NCBI RefSeq assembly: GCF_038025025.1
Contig: NW_027117347.1
Span: 1,054,001-1,118,000 of the forward strand
Direction: 5' to 3'
Length of the DNA stretch: 64,000 bases
Origin: Phyllosticta citribraziliensis
Lineage: Eukaryota
Every line of letters begins with the position of its first letter. Within the stretch, counting starts at the first letter, position 1. The notes under the pieces were generated by a model, which was given only the letters and a program-made list of their open reading frames with translations, made no database searches and was not told where the DNA came from. The position numbers and the translations under genes are program-made. Positions 47,519 through 61,429 of the stretch are shown piece by piece.

Positions 47519-50500
47519 CTACACTCTCCCAACAGTGGTGCGGGCATCTCTCTCGCTTCTCTCAAACGCCTTCAAAAACAACTCCATCCACCTCCCCTCC
47601 CTCCTCGTCATCTGCCTGGCCGGATTCTTGAGCGACGCGCCGACGATTTCCTTGACGCGTAGCCGCAGCGCCTTGACGGCGAGAGCGACCTTCCAGTCCT
47701 TGACGGCAAACTTGAGCCGGCTGCCGTCGACCAAGACGACGCCGGCGTGCAGCTTGACGTCGACGTCGCCCGCGAGCAGGACCAACGGCAGGTCGTAAGC
47801 GACGTTTGTCGCGTGTGCGTTGAGGAAGCGGCTGCTGGCCTGCATGATGTGGTAGTAGGACAGGAACTTGAGATTCGTTCCCGGCGGCGGGTTCTTGTTG
47901 ATCGACGTCGGTGCCAGCGACACGGACTGGTTGTTGGAAATGTTGCGCCAGCCTTTGCCGTCACGTGTCAGGATCTTGGGGTAGAATGACCACGAGATGA
48001 CGCTGTTCAACAATATGTCGTTGTTGCCGTTTTGATTGGCCGCGGCGGGTATGGCGACGAAGCTGCGCTGCCGAGACGAGTTGCGGTATTTGCTGAGCGC
48101 CCTGCGCTCCTCAGGAGAGAGCGTCAGGAAGCCCGCCTCGACGAGAGAGCTCACTAGCTGGGACTTGAGATCTTCTACGTTGGCCAGGTTCTGTCTGGAA
48201 AGGAAGTTCTTCGTGCAGAACTGGAATTCAGACTGTCCGGGTGTGGTGCAAATCTTGCGCCACGTTGCGTAGGCATTGTATACCGTTAGGAGGTCAGAGT
48301 CGCCGCGGCGGAACGAGTGACGGGCAATGTCGGCCCGCTGGCGAGCACCAATTGGCGTGATGAAGGGGTCTTTCGAGGAGAGGATGGCTGCTATGGTGAC
48401 CGCCACGTCGACGCAATCAAAGACGCTGGCCAAAAGGCAGAGTTTGCCTAAATTGGCATCAAGCGGAAGCTTGGCTAGTTGTCTTCCAAGGGGAGTCAGC
48501 TCCTCGCTCGATGTCAGAGCGTCCACTTCGATGAGAGCGTCAATCGCCCTTCGAATGTTCTTTGTCGACGGGGGATCCAGAGCTTGCGACAGAGTCTCTT
48601 CGATATCTCCCAACTTGCAAATTTTGACGCGCATGACCAGGTCTTGCAGGGACAGTCTGAGCATCTCTGGCGTCTGTTGTTCGGCCATGAGCTCGTCATG
48701 CCGGTACTTGGTAAACAAGTGAAAGCAGAGGCCTTCCTGGACACGGCCAGCTCTTCCTCTTCTCTGCTTGGCGTTGGCCCGTGAGATGAATGACTGGATG
48801 AGGCGAGAAAGTTGTCGTCGTTCATCATACCTCATCTCCTTGTGCGTACCGGTATCAACGACGCAAGTGATATCTGGAATGGTAATACCAGTCTCTGCAA
48901 TGTTGGTGGCCAAGACAATCTTCCTGACGCCGGGGGGCGGAACCAGGAACGCCGCCTGCTGGTCCTCGCTGGCGATGGTTGAGTGCAGTGGATATATCAG
49001 CCAGTTTTTGCTAAAAGCATCTGATCCAAGGAGCATGTCGTTGAGCTGTCGGATCTCTGCAATACCCGGCAAAAAGACCAATATCGCGTTGCTGAAGCGG
49101 CTGTAGCCGGGGTCTGAAGCGACTCTCTCTATAAGGCTGAGAATCAGTTCGTAGTTGATCCTGTACTCGTCATACTCCTTCAGTGCATTGCGGGTCGCGT
49201 TGCTGTAGCCCTGCAGATTCGTATTCTTGAGGCCTGATGATCTACCTTCCGCAGAGTCCTCGTCATCATCATCTGCTTCTTGTTCAACGACTGTCTTTTT
49301 CTGTGCCTTGGCATCGTAGTGCGTCATTTCAATAGCATCTTCCAAGAACTTCGTTTGGACAGGGAAAGTTCGACCGGGCACAGTAAGGATTGGAGCGTTG
49401 TCGAGGTATCTAGAGAAACGATCTGCATCTACCGTTGCAGACATCAAGATGACCTTCAAATCCGGCCGACGTACCAACAGGGCGCGGAGGATGATGAGTA
49501 GGAAATCTGTATCGATACTTCGAATTGTCAGCTCTGCAACGCAAAATCGACACAGTGGGCGAAATGCCATAGACTTACTTTCTCTCGTGGACTTCGTCAA
49601 TTACCAAATGGGTAATATCTTCCAGTCCCTTCAATGACTCTAGCATGCGGAGCACGATTCCAACAGTTGCGAAAACCAAACGGGTTGATGCCGCAATGTG
49701 CGACTCGAGGCGGATGGCGTATCCGACCAATGATCGTGCTGTGCCAACTGCATTCTTGTCCTCACCCAGCTCTTCACTCACGCGCTGAGCAAGAGAAATG
49801 GCTGAAATACGGCGGGGTTCCGTGCAGTAAATCTTGCAGGGTCTACCACTTGCAAGCTCGTTTTCCAGAATGAAGGCTGGGAGCTGAGTGCTTTTGCCAC
49901 AACCAGTCTCACCGCAGAGAATGAGGACTTGGTTTTTCTCAATCGCGGACAAAACATCCTGCTTGAATCTGGCCATTGGCAACTGTTCTCTGGCTTGCAG
50001 CATATGTTGATATTTAGGGGTGGATGACTTCTGCCACCACAACTCTTGTAGCTTCTCGGAAATCCCTTGGGAATCGCCTTGCTGTCGCACGGGCAGGTCG
50101 ATATTCGAGCTTTCCTCATGCGCAGCTTTGCCGCGTTTTTTGAAGCCATTCGTCAGAACCACACCATCTTCGTCCTCGCGTTCGACTTGCTCTTGAATGA
50201 TCTGGCGCAGATCTTTGATGGTTTCGCGGTCTTTTTCAGCGGCCATGTCTTTCTGCGTCTCTGCGTACTCCTGCCATAAGTCCCGCCATACTGACGGCAA
50301 CCTCATGTAAACCTTCTCTTCCTTTGCCGACGTGGAGAATATCAAAAACATGGCTGCCACTGAGATGTATGCTTCGCTTTGCTGGGTACCTGGCGTTGCA
50401 ATGTCTTTCATCGTAAAAGTCATGGACCTTGGGCTGATGTTGGACTCGATCATGGGAAGAGCAGAACAATCGATGTGGTCTTGGTCCTTGGTCCATATTA

Positions 50501-52190
50501 TCTTTACTGAGTGACGGCTGGAATAAGTTGTTGGAGAAACATGTTTGTATGTAAGCCGAACTCCAGAATCCCTACGCAACAGTCAGTGACAGAGTAGTAA
50601 TGTGGAGCAGCCCCGACATACCTAGCCCGGCAGGCTTCCTCAAGCACACGTCGCGGGTTCATGCCAACGGCTTTGCCAAAGTCGCGAACGGTCACGTTGG
50701 CCGAGTCGGTTACCCCAGAAGAACCACCTTGTTGGCCCTCTCCAGGTTCAGCAGCGAACATTCCTCCAAGGAGACCATCATCTTCGTCTGGGTTTTGCAA
50801 AAGAGCATCTCCAGCCATGGCCGCAGCTTCTTGCATGATGTCGTCGACCGCACCTGCGCCAGTAGACTCAGGCTCGTGAATCTCCTTGGGCTGCTCCTCT
50901 GACTTTTTGTTCCGCGATCTTGATGGGGCCAGCTGAGCGAGGTCTACTCTCTTGGAGGCCCATTGTTCATCAGCAGCTCTTGAATCGAAGAGAATATCTG
51001 ACTCAATCTGTTGCAGCTTCCTCTGTAATTTTTGGGCGCCCTGTGACGCAGGTGCAGTCTTTTGAGGTCCTTTTGACTTTTTGGATTTTGGTTTTGAATT
51101 TGAAGCTGGCGCTAGCTCAGGGTCGACTTGGAAAAGACGGGTTTTGACGTCGAGGTAAGTAGACAATAACTGGTCCGGCTCCATATCGCTGTCAAGATCG
51201 CTAACGTCAAAATCTTCTTGCTTTGAAGGCTCATTTTGTTTGGCTGCACTTGCCGCCTGCTTTTTCTTAGGAGTCCCAGAAGTTATTTCTGACGCCGGGG
51301 TGTCTGAACGCTTCGGTGAGCCTGTGGGAGTTGAGTCAGTCATCCGTGGCCTGCGAGATTCCGTGTTGGACACAAGCGGCTCCTCGTTTTCGTTTTCGCT
51401 CACAACTGAAGCCAATCTCAACAACAAGAATGAGCTTGTGAAAGGACTTACTTGATCTTGAAGAGCCACTGCTTTCGTTCGAGGCCAAGGTTGTTGGGGT
51501 TTCCCATGGTGGAAGCTCCTCATGAGAGCAATTGGCTGCAAGCCAATCTAGGCACTCTTGGAGACCCCATACCTGATTGCTCGCGTCCAAAGGTGGTGGA
51601 TTCTGGCAGATCAAGACAAGCATGGAGCGGACCCTGTCTTTGGAAAAGCCCATGTCCGCAAGGGTCTGAGCCAAGGTCCATAGCCGCACCATGGCGTCTT
51701 CTTCGGACAAATTGCGAATGGAGAATTTGTGCTCTGGGGACGAGTATTCTTCGTTGATTTCCTCTTTAGCAAGATCCAAGATCTGAAGCATCAAATCCTC
51801 GGGCAACCATTCTCTGGTCGCCAAGTACTGTGCCTGAGATCTTACTAGACGGCGATCTGTCTGGATTCTTGTCAAATTGCGAGATGATTCTCGCCGCACC
51901 TTTTGGGCATGCTTTTCCACGAGCATCTGCAATTCATTGCGCTCAAGCTGCTGCTCCAGCTCTTCCGGGGTCATTTGGTGGAGCTCTTTCGGCGCAGGAG
52001 CCACACCCGCCGGCGAGGCCGTCCCATCAGCAGGAGTGGCAGATGACGGAGCGGTATTTGGAGTGGCCGTTCCAGACATGTCTGACGACTCAAGCTCAAG
52101 CTTCTTGTCGATTTTTGGCTTGCTGGCAATGGATGTTGTGGCGACAGCGCGAGCATTGGCCGCGGGCTTCTTCTTCTTCTTGGGCGCCAT
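47519..52190 (-). CDS. DEAH/RHA-family ATP-dependent RNA helicase, DHX29/DHX57-like
   Basis: Exons 52190-51452, 51405-50622, 50571-49579, 49517-47519. GETGCGKSTQ, TEPRRISA, DEVHER, MSAT, ATNIAETGITI, QRRGRAGR and HA2 region LTPLGRQLAKLPL. The subfamily call is by recollection. Confidence 0.88.
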
Positions 52191-52490
52191 TTTCAAAACA
52201 CGAAACAAAAGAGCGTGGGAGCGTGAGAATGAAGCCTGTCCAAAAAGGTAGCAAACGGGCGCAACAAGAGAGGAAGAGAGTGAGGGTTTGTAGATGTTGA
52301 AAGTTGATGGTTTGCCGGTTGATGGGATGCCCAGTTTGGACGCATGGATCATCATACGTCAGAAGGGCAAAGTCGTTGCCGGTGCTTGGCACATCCTCAA
52401 CTTCAGTTGCGGAAACCTTCCGGCGGGTCACGCTCTCTCCAACAGCGCCCTCGTCGCTGCGCAATCCTCTCTCCCCGTGTGTTTCTAGTC
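52191..52490. promoter_or_regulatory. Divergent promoter region helicase/GCN1
   Basis: 300 bp between opposed start codons. Confidence 0.55.
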
Positions 52491-55400
52491 ATGGCGGAGG
52501 TCAAGACCAATGGCGTCCCAGGTCTTGACCTGCTCGAATTGCGCCGCGAAATTCTCTCCAGCTCTACCAAGCGCAGAATATCGAAGCTACGCGCTGTCGA
52601 GCACCAACTGCGCGAAAATGGTCTGACGCACCGAACACCCCACAAGCTTTGCTAACATTGCCACAGCTGTCTCTCCGTCTGACGCCAAGAGCATTCTCCT
52701 GATTCTCTTCGACACGTATCCGCTCTACGTAGATCGCCCATCTCGCACAGCAGTCCACCAAGTCATACGAGCAGTTACCGCATGCTCTCTGTCGGACGAA
52801 TTGACGCCCGGAGTAGTCAAATTCCTCCAAGCCGAGGCCACAAAGACCAGTGTTGCCGCCACAAACTTGTTCAGCCTTTCAGAATGGGCCTCTGTGCTCC
52901 TGCAAGAATTTGGAAGCAAAGAGGAGCAATGGAGGAAATGGGGAGTTCAAGTCATAACAGCCGATGCTGCTATCTTGGAGACATGTTTGGGCTCAGCCCA
53001 GAAGGAAGGACTCAAACATTCGGCATTGGTCGTCACACGCCGTGCCCTTCGCCGGGTGTTCAAAAATGAGGCCATCGCAAGCGAGGCAGTTGAGAGTTGC
53101 ATCAAATCGCTTACCACCAAGGGACCCTCACCAACTGCCAGGAACACCATATTCTTGGGAATCTTGGCAGGTGTCTGCTCTCGGCTCCCCAAGATCCAAC
53201 CTCTTATGGCAGAGAAAAAGAAGGCTTACTTCGAATTCTACGTCCGGGAAATCATTGGGTCTCGCGCCGTTCTTCCAAGGCACATCACCAACGGCCTTTA
53301 TGACTTTTTCGTTGCGTTTACCACGGAAGAGGATTTGAAGAATGAGGTTGTTCCCTCGGTCGAGAAGGCCCTGCTGCGTTCGCCTGAGGTTGTGCTCAAC
53401 GACCTACTGCAACCCATGCTCCGGTCTCTTCCCCAGACGATCGACTTCTCGGAGATACTTCAGACCAAGCTTTTGAAGCCGTTGCTTTCGAGCATCAAAT
53501 CGACAAATGCCACTGTCCGGGTCGGAGCCTTGTCTGCCTTTGAGTCTCTTCTGGCGCAATCCTCCAACGACGAGTTGCTCAGCAAGGTCTCCGACGAAGT
53601 TGTCAACCCTCTGAAGCAAAATAAAGTCACTGTGGCGGAGCAAAAGGCCATCCACGCGCAAATTCTCAGCGCCATCAAACCCTCTGAGGGCGTCTCTAAA
53701 AAGATTGTTGCTGGCCTTGCCCCGGTTGCGCTCAAAGAACCCAACGAGGCCGCTCTCGCCGCAGAGACGACAGCGATGGGCAAACACTTTGGTTTCATTC
53801 TCAGCACGGATTCTCCGGCGGAAGCGGTCGTCACCGATTCATTTGTGAAGGGTTTGGGCGACAAACGGCCGTCGGTGCGCAGAGTCTGGGCCCTTCGCGC
53901 AGCAGAAATTTTGTGGGAGCTTCCTGAAGACCGCATGCAAGAACCCACAGTTGTGTCATTTATCCAAGTTATCTTGCAGAAGCTTGTTGATACTTGGCAG
54001 GAAGTTGCAGCAAACCCTGTCGCAGCAGTGCAAAGTGGCTTGGTTACTGTAGCGTACATTACAACTGCATTCGGTCTTTCTCGGTGGAGTAAAATCGAAG
54101 ATGAGAAGATAGCCTCCCTACTCAAGAAGACCTCCATTTCGCGGACTGCTTTGGTTGCCGAGCCCAAACCCTCTTTCCTCCTCAACCACAGGGTCTACTC
54201 AAAACTCATCGCTGAGGAGGATCTAGCGTGGGGTCTTCGTGCTTTAGCTTCCGTGATACCTACCATTGCCGAATCCAGCGAAAACGTATCTGTAGAGGAG
54301 GGCTGGTCTCAGGCCTTCATCTACTTCGTCTCAGCTGGAGGGATTGCGCCCCGCGTGCGACAAGAAGCGATCCGCACGCTTTCCAAGGCCTATGCGCGCT
54401 ACCCTAGCCGCATCGCTCCGATCATCATCCACGGCCTGTGGCTTTGGCGACGCAACGTTGAGGCGAACGAAAAAGACACTGCTGCAACTTCCGCAAAGAC
54501 CGGGAACAATGAGCTTTCTCTGGCACTTCGCGCAATCTGTTTGACGCCCGACGAGCGCCAGACCTTCGGAGCGACCATCGACGAGGCCAGTCTTCAATCG
54601 CAGCTTGTGAAGCTGTTGGTGCTGGCCAGGCCGCAGTTGATTCCGCGCACCTCTTGGATTGATCTGTGCCTCAAAACTGGCGTTGATCCCGGTGAATTGA
54701 CAAGGAAAGAGCTCGACAGCTGTATTGAAGCAATCATCGAGGCCACAAAGGTATTTCAATCTCCAAAGTGTGAGAGCACACACAAAGTACTGATGCGACT
54801 GCAGGGAACATCGGCAACTCATACACCTGCGGTGAGAGAAGCGGCGTATGCTGCTGCTGCGGACTTGGCGTTTGTTGCTCCTGATGTAGCCATTCCTCGA
54901 CTGGTGGAGCAGATCAGACATGATCTTGATCCAAAACAACTGGAGGGTATCGGCCCCGAAGAAGCTGCTATTTTCCGCACCCCAGAAGGTCAGGCTTTTG
55001 TTGACGTGCTCGCCAAAAAGGGCCAAAACCAAGCGCCCACCAAAGGTAGCAAGGACTATGATACCTGGAAATGGGAACAAGAACTCCGCGATCAGCTTGC
55101 TCAGAAAAAAGGATCACAGAAGAAGCTTACCAAAGAAGAGCAGGAGAAGGTCAATGCCCAACTGGCCAAGGAGTCCGAGATTCGCAAAACAGTTGCTGGC
55201 ATCGAGGCCTCGCTGCGTCGCGGCGTTGGCATAATCCAAGCGCTCGCAACTGGGCCTCCAACTGAAGCCAACTTGTGGCTGGGTTCGGCGATCGATGCCC
55301 TCCTGGAAGCTATTGATGCCGGCGCTGGTCTCGTGATTGCGGATGCTTCCACCTCCGCCTACATTGCTTGTGCAGAACGCATTTCGCCGAGGCTCGGCTT

Positions 55401-58400
55401 AAACAGGCCATTCTTTGGTGTTGCTCTACTGCGCGCAAAGGGCGTGCCTTTCCTACCTCCGGGTCTAGAGGACGAGCCATTAGGAGGTGAGCACTGACGA
55501 CAGTCCAACTTCTTGAACAGCGCTAATGTTGACCAGATTCTGTCACGAGGTTGTTGTACCGCCTCAGATTTTTGAGCGAGCAAAGGCCACTCGACAGCGT
55601 TTCGTTGACTTACATCTTGCCGCTCATCTTCGCAGTGCTCGAAAGTGGATCCATCGACAAGTCGAAAGAGGAAGAGGCTGACGAGCAGATCCTCTTGGCC
55701 TTGGAGTTCCTCTCCTTCCACACCGACTCTTGTATGTACAGCTTGTTTGATTGCCATGTCAGAGCTAACAGAATTAAGGCACTGAAAAGTCCCTGCCGCG
55801 AGCAAAACTGCTTTCAACATTGATCGCCGCCATGCAAAGGTTCACCCAGCACTTCAAGATTATCAAGGACTGCCTCATGGATCTGTGCAGAGGCATTGGC
55901 TCTAATCTCACTGAAAAAGAGATTTCGGCTCTTGTCAAAGGCGCCATCGTTCCGCAAGTGTCCGTCAGAACTTCTGTGCTGCAGACAATTGACGAAGAAG
56001 TTGATCTGATCGACATTGACTTCTCCGAGGAGATTTGGCTGGCCAGCCATGACGAGGTGCAAGAAAATGTCGAGCTCGCCCAAAGCATCTGGGTTGAAAA
56101 TGGCCTCGAACTGGCTCCTGACGCCGCCTTTAGGATGTTGCCATACCTTGATTCCAAGGACAGGCAATTGCGAAGGGCCGCGGCAAGGTCGGTGGCAGAG
56201 TGCATCGCGATTCAAAAGGACAACTTCCACAAGATCATCGAACGTCTTAATGAAGAATACAAGGAAAAGGCGAAGCCTAGGGTTCCCGAAAGAGACGAGT
56301 ACGGCATGCCTAGGAAGGTGGACCTCGCCGACCCTTGGGAGGTGCGGAACGGTATCGCAATGACATTCCGCGAGCTTGCAGCCCACTTCCAAGCGGAAGA
56401 CTTGGTGCCCTTTGTCAGCTTCATGATCCAGGAAGGCCCTCTCGGAGACCGCAGTGCGCCTGTCCGTGACGAAATGGTCGAAGCCTCGGTTGCAATCATT
56501 TCCAGTCGCGGTCAACTGAAGGTGGAAGAACTGATGGAGCTTTTCGAACGAGCGCTCGAGGCGCCCGACGAAGGAAACGAAACTTCGGACAAGGTCAACG
56601 AGGCCGTCATCATTCTGTACGGAGCACTGGCCCGCCATTTGCCCGCCGGTGATGCGCGTGTTCCTAAGGTGGTGCAGCGGTTGCTCCAAACTCTCAGCAC
56701 GCCTTCCGAGACGGTCCAGTATGCTGTCGCCGAATGTTTACCACCATTGGTGCGTGCTTCCAACGACAAAATCGCCGATTATCTGCAGCATGTCATGGAT
56801 GAGTTGCTCAACTCCAAGAAGTATGCTAGCCGTAGAGGAGCTGCATACGGCTTGGCTGGAATCGTCAGCGGCAAAGGCCTCGTGCTCCTGCATGAGAAGC
56901 GTATTCTCTCTACACTCAAGGCTGCCGCAGAGAACAAGAAGGATGCGAACCAAAGACAGGGCGCATTCCTGGCATACGAGCTTCTGTCGCTTGTCCTTGG
57001 CCGCATTTTCGAGCCCTACGTCATCCAGGTCGTTCCTCAATTGTTGGCCGGCTTTGGCGACAGCAGCGCCGACGTTAGAGAAGCATGCTTGGATGCCGCA
57101 AAGGTTTGCTTCGGAAACTTGACCTCTTTCGGTGTCAAGCAAGTTCTTCCCACGCTTTTGGAGGGACTCGAAGACCAGCAATGGCGTAGCAAGAAGGGTG
57201 CCTGTGATTCCCTGGGTGCAATGGCCTACCTGGCTCCCCAGCAACTGGCCTTGAGCCTGCCAGAAATCATTCCACCTCTTACCACTGTTTTGAACGACAG
57301 TCACAAGGAAGTCCGGGCATCTGCGAAGCGCAGCTTGCAGCGCTTTGGTGAAGTCATCAGCAACCCTGAGGTCAGAAGTGTGGTCGACATTCTCCTCAAG
57401 GCTCTCAGTGATCCTACCAAGTACACTGACGAGGCTCTTGACTCTCTCATCAAGATTAACTTTGTACACTACCTCGATGCTCCATCACTGGCTCTGGTGG
57501 TGCGCATCTTGGAGCGTGGTCTAAGTGACAGATCCAACACCAAGCGCAAGGCTGCCCAAATTATCGGTAGCTTGGCCCACCTTACCGAACGCAAAGACCT
57601 CATTGCACACCTGCCAATCCTCGTTGCTGGTCTACGGACGGCCATCGTCGACCCTGTGCCCACGACTCGCGCTACGGCCTCCAAAGCCCTGGGTTCGACC
57701 GTCGAGAAGCTCGGAGAAGACGCTCTTCCCGATCTCATTCCAAGCCTCATGGCCACCCTCAAGTCCGATACGGGTGCAGGCGACAGGCTTGGATCTGCTC
57801 AAGCACTTTCCGAAGTTTTGGCTGGTCTCGGAACCAGCCGTCTCGAGGAGACTTTGCCGACTATTCTTCAAAACGTCACCAGCTCCAAGGCTTCCGTCCG
57901 CGAAGGGTTCATGTCTCTCTTCATCTTCTTGCCGGCTTGTTTCGGAAACAGCTTCGCCAACTACTTGCAAAAGATCATCCCTCCGATCCTTGCTGGTTTG
58001 GCGGACGAGGTCGATTCTATCCGTGAGACTGCTCTCCGCGCTGGTCGGTTGTTGGTCAAGAACTTTGCTACTCGCTCTATCGATCTCCTCCTGCCCGAGC
58101 TTGAGCGTGGTCTTGCTGATGACAGCTACCGGATCCGTCTCAGCTCCGTGGAGTTGGTTGGCGACTTGCTTTTCAACCTTACCGGTATCAGTGGCAAGGA
58201 GCAGGACGAAGACGAAGACGTTGCCAGGGAGGCGGGCCAGTCGCTCCTCGAGGTGCTCGGAGAAGAGAGGCGCAACAGGGTCCTCTCGTCCTTGTATATT
58301 TGCCGCTGCGATACCTCTGGCCTTGTCCGGACGGCTGCCGTCAACGTGTGGAAGGCATTGGTGGCCTCTCCTCGTACGCTCCGCGAGCTTGTCCCTACCC

Positions 58401-60777
58401 TTACCCAGCTTCTCATCCGTCGCTTGGCAAGCTCCAACATGGAGCACAAGGTTATTGCTGGCAACGCACTCGGAGAGCTTATTCGCAAGGCTGGCGAAGG
58501 CGTTCTTGCAACATTGCTTCCTACGCTCGAAGAAGGTCTTCACACATCCACCGATTCAGACGCCAAACAAGGCATTTGCATTGCCCTGCGCGAACTCATC
58601 GCCTCGGCAGCGCCCGAGTCCCTCGAAGGCTACGAAAAGACTCTCATTTCCGTCGTGCGGACCGCGCTTGTCGACTCGGATGCCGAAGTCCGTGAAGCTG
58701 CCGCCGAGGCATTCGACGAATTGCAACGCATCTTGGGCAAGAAGGCGGTTGATCAGGTCCTGCCCTTCCTTCTCAACCTGCTTCGTTCTGAAGATGAAGC
58801 TCAGAATGCCCTGTCGGCGTTGCTCACGCTGCTCACCGAACAGACGAGATCCAACATCATTCTTCCCAACTTGCTCCCGACTCTCATCACTTCTCCAATG
58901 TCTGCCTTCAATGCACGCGCTGTTGCTTCTCTTGCTGAAGTGGCCAGCTCGGCAATGTCACGCAAACTTCCTCAGATTCTCAACGCTCTCATGGACAACA
59001 TTGTCTCTTGCAAAGATGATGGTCTTCGCCAGGAGCTGCAGACGTCTTTCGACACTGTGTTGGTGTCTGTGGATGAGAGCGATGGTCTCAACACCGCCAT
59101 GAGTGCTATGCTGGTGCTGGCGAAACATGACGATCACAAGAGACGGAGCGAAGCCGATCTACGTCTGGCCAAGTTCTTCTCCGCTGCCGACCTTGACATG
59201 TCGCGCTACTACCCCGATCTCATCCGCGTGCTTCTTGTATCGTTCGGTGATACTGACCAAGATGTGGTCAAGGCTGCTCATGCTGCGCTGACTGCCTTGA
59301 CTTCCCGTCTCAAGAAGGAAGAGATGGAAGCTCTGGTCATTTCGACCCGCCAAGTGCTCCAACAGGCTGGTGTTGCTGGCTCAAATCTGCCAGGATTCAA
59401 CTTGCCAAAGGGAATCAACGCTGTGCTGCCCATATTCTTGCAGGGTCTGATGAATGGCACTCCTGAACAGCGGACACAGGCTGCCCTGGCCATTTCCGAC
59501 ATCATCGATCGGACAAGTGCGGAGAGTCTGCGTCCGAGTGTCACGCAGATTACTGGTCCTCTGATTCGTGTCGTCTCGGAGCGCTCAGTTGACGTCAAGG
59601 GTAAGCCAATTTTGCTCGAGTATTTTTGGCCAAAAGCTAACACATCATTTCAGCTGCCATTTTGTTTACGCTCAACAACTTGCTCGAGAAAATTCCCACT
59701 TTCCTCAAGCCCTTCCTTCCGCAGCTGCAGAGGACTTTCGCAAAGTCCTTGGCCGATACCTCGAGCGAGGTTCTCCGTATTCGCGCTGCCAAGGCTTTGG
59801 GAACGCTCATTACGCTCACTCCACGTATCGATCCCTTGATTGCCGAACTCGTGACGGGTTCGAAGACCGCGGACCACGGGGTCAGAACCGCAATGCTCAA
59901 GGCTTTGTTCGAGGTTGTCAGCAAGGCAGGTGCCAACATGAACGAAGCATCTCGAACCTCGATTTTGGGTTTGATAGATGCCGATATCGACGAGTCGGAT
60001 GACGCCATGTCAATTCAAAACGCGCGTCTTCTGGGAGCATTGATTAGGAATCTGCCCACTGAGACTGCCAGCGCTCTCATCAAGAACCGCGTCCTCACAA
60101 CGTCTTACGGCAAATCATCAGTCCTGGCTCTCAATGCAATCTTGCTCGAGTCTCCCGAGACGCTTACCAAGGAGCACAGCGAGGAGACTGTTGCCGTCAT
60201 TGCAAACGGTATCACGAATCCCACTGCAATGGTCGCAGATAATTGCGTTTTGGCCGCTGGCAAGTATCTACTCACTGAGTCTGCCAACAAGTCCTTCGAC
60301 GTGACAAAACCAATCTTCGAGAGCCTTGCCCAGGTCATTCCACCTGGCCACTCGTCTGACACACGCCGTCTCGCCCTGGTCGTCATTCGGACAATCTCAC
60401 GACACCAAAATGAGCTGGTGCGGCCGCATCTGGCACTGCTCGCCCAGCCAATCTTTGCCAGCGTCAGGGACATGGTTATTCCCGTCAAGCTTGCGGCAGA
60501 GGCTGCCTTCCTGGCGGTGTTCGATGTCGTACTCGAGGAGAGCGCAGTATTTGAGAAGTACATGGCTGGACCTGGTGCCAGCTTGGCTCCTGGACCGAAG
60601 AGGAGCATGCAGGATTACTTCAAGAGGGTTGCCATTCGGTTGGCCGGCCAGGCACGGGAGCGTAAGGAGGCGGAAGGCGGACAAGGTGGTCTAGGTTTGA
60701 GTAGCGATGAAGTGGAAGATGAGAGAGAAGTGTGGAGTGTGGGTAAGGTGGAGCTGGAGGGGGCTAGTTTCGAGTAG
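52491..60777 (+). CDS. GCN1: Translational activator Gcn1 (HEAT-repeat, Gcn2 activator)
   Basis: Exons 52491-52620, 52667-54750, 54805-55486, 55537-55731, 55779-59600, 59654-60777. RRGAAYGLAG, FEPYVIQ, QWRSKKGAC..LGAMAY, HYLDAPSLALV, ITGPLIRV and FLPQLQRTF. Confidence 0.97.
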
Positions 60778-61429
60778 TGGGTAGTCCTGGTAGGTAACAC
60801 AACAAAAAGTAGGCGAGTAGATCGATGCATAGGCTGGAAGCGTGAGAGCTTCCTTCGGATAGAACACATACTCGAGCACTCGCGCTCTGACTCGAGGAAA
60901 CTGATAATCGTGAGCCACAACTTCCATCACTAAGCTTCGGCGGTAGTGGTAACTTTGGTCGGCAAATGTTGGTTGCTTGTCGGTGGCAGCCCCAACATGA
61001 ATCACAAGGCAACTACCTAGCCATTTGTTTAAAGTTCCATCGCACTTCAACTTTTGCAGTTGCGAATATCTGCTACAAGAGCATATACAGTTGGTGTGTT
61101 GCTCGAAGTGACTTGATTACTGGGGTGTGGTTTTCCTCTGGTGGGCAAGCACTTTAGTTCCGCCTCCAGCCCAATCCGTCATCACCTCCGTCCGACCTCT
61201 ACCCGCGAGACTGCGCATCGTCCTCACAACGCGCATCCATCAGATTCCATCTCTAAACCATCGGACTCTTGCCTGAACTGACTGGCGCTGGCTTCTTCCA
61301 TACTCGCGCCCCCTCGTAAGAGGGCACAGAAGGCCAGATTGCGGATGCGCGTCTCCCAGCACCGCTCCGCCCCTCTACAACCGCCCATCACGCGCACCGA
61401 TCCCACCCGCCGTGGCCCCCTCTATCATC

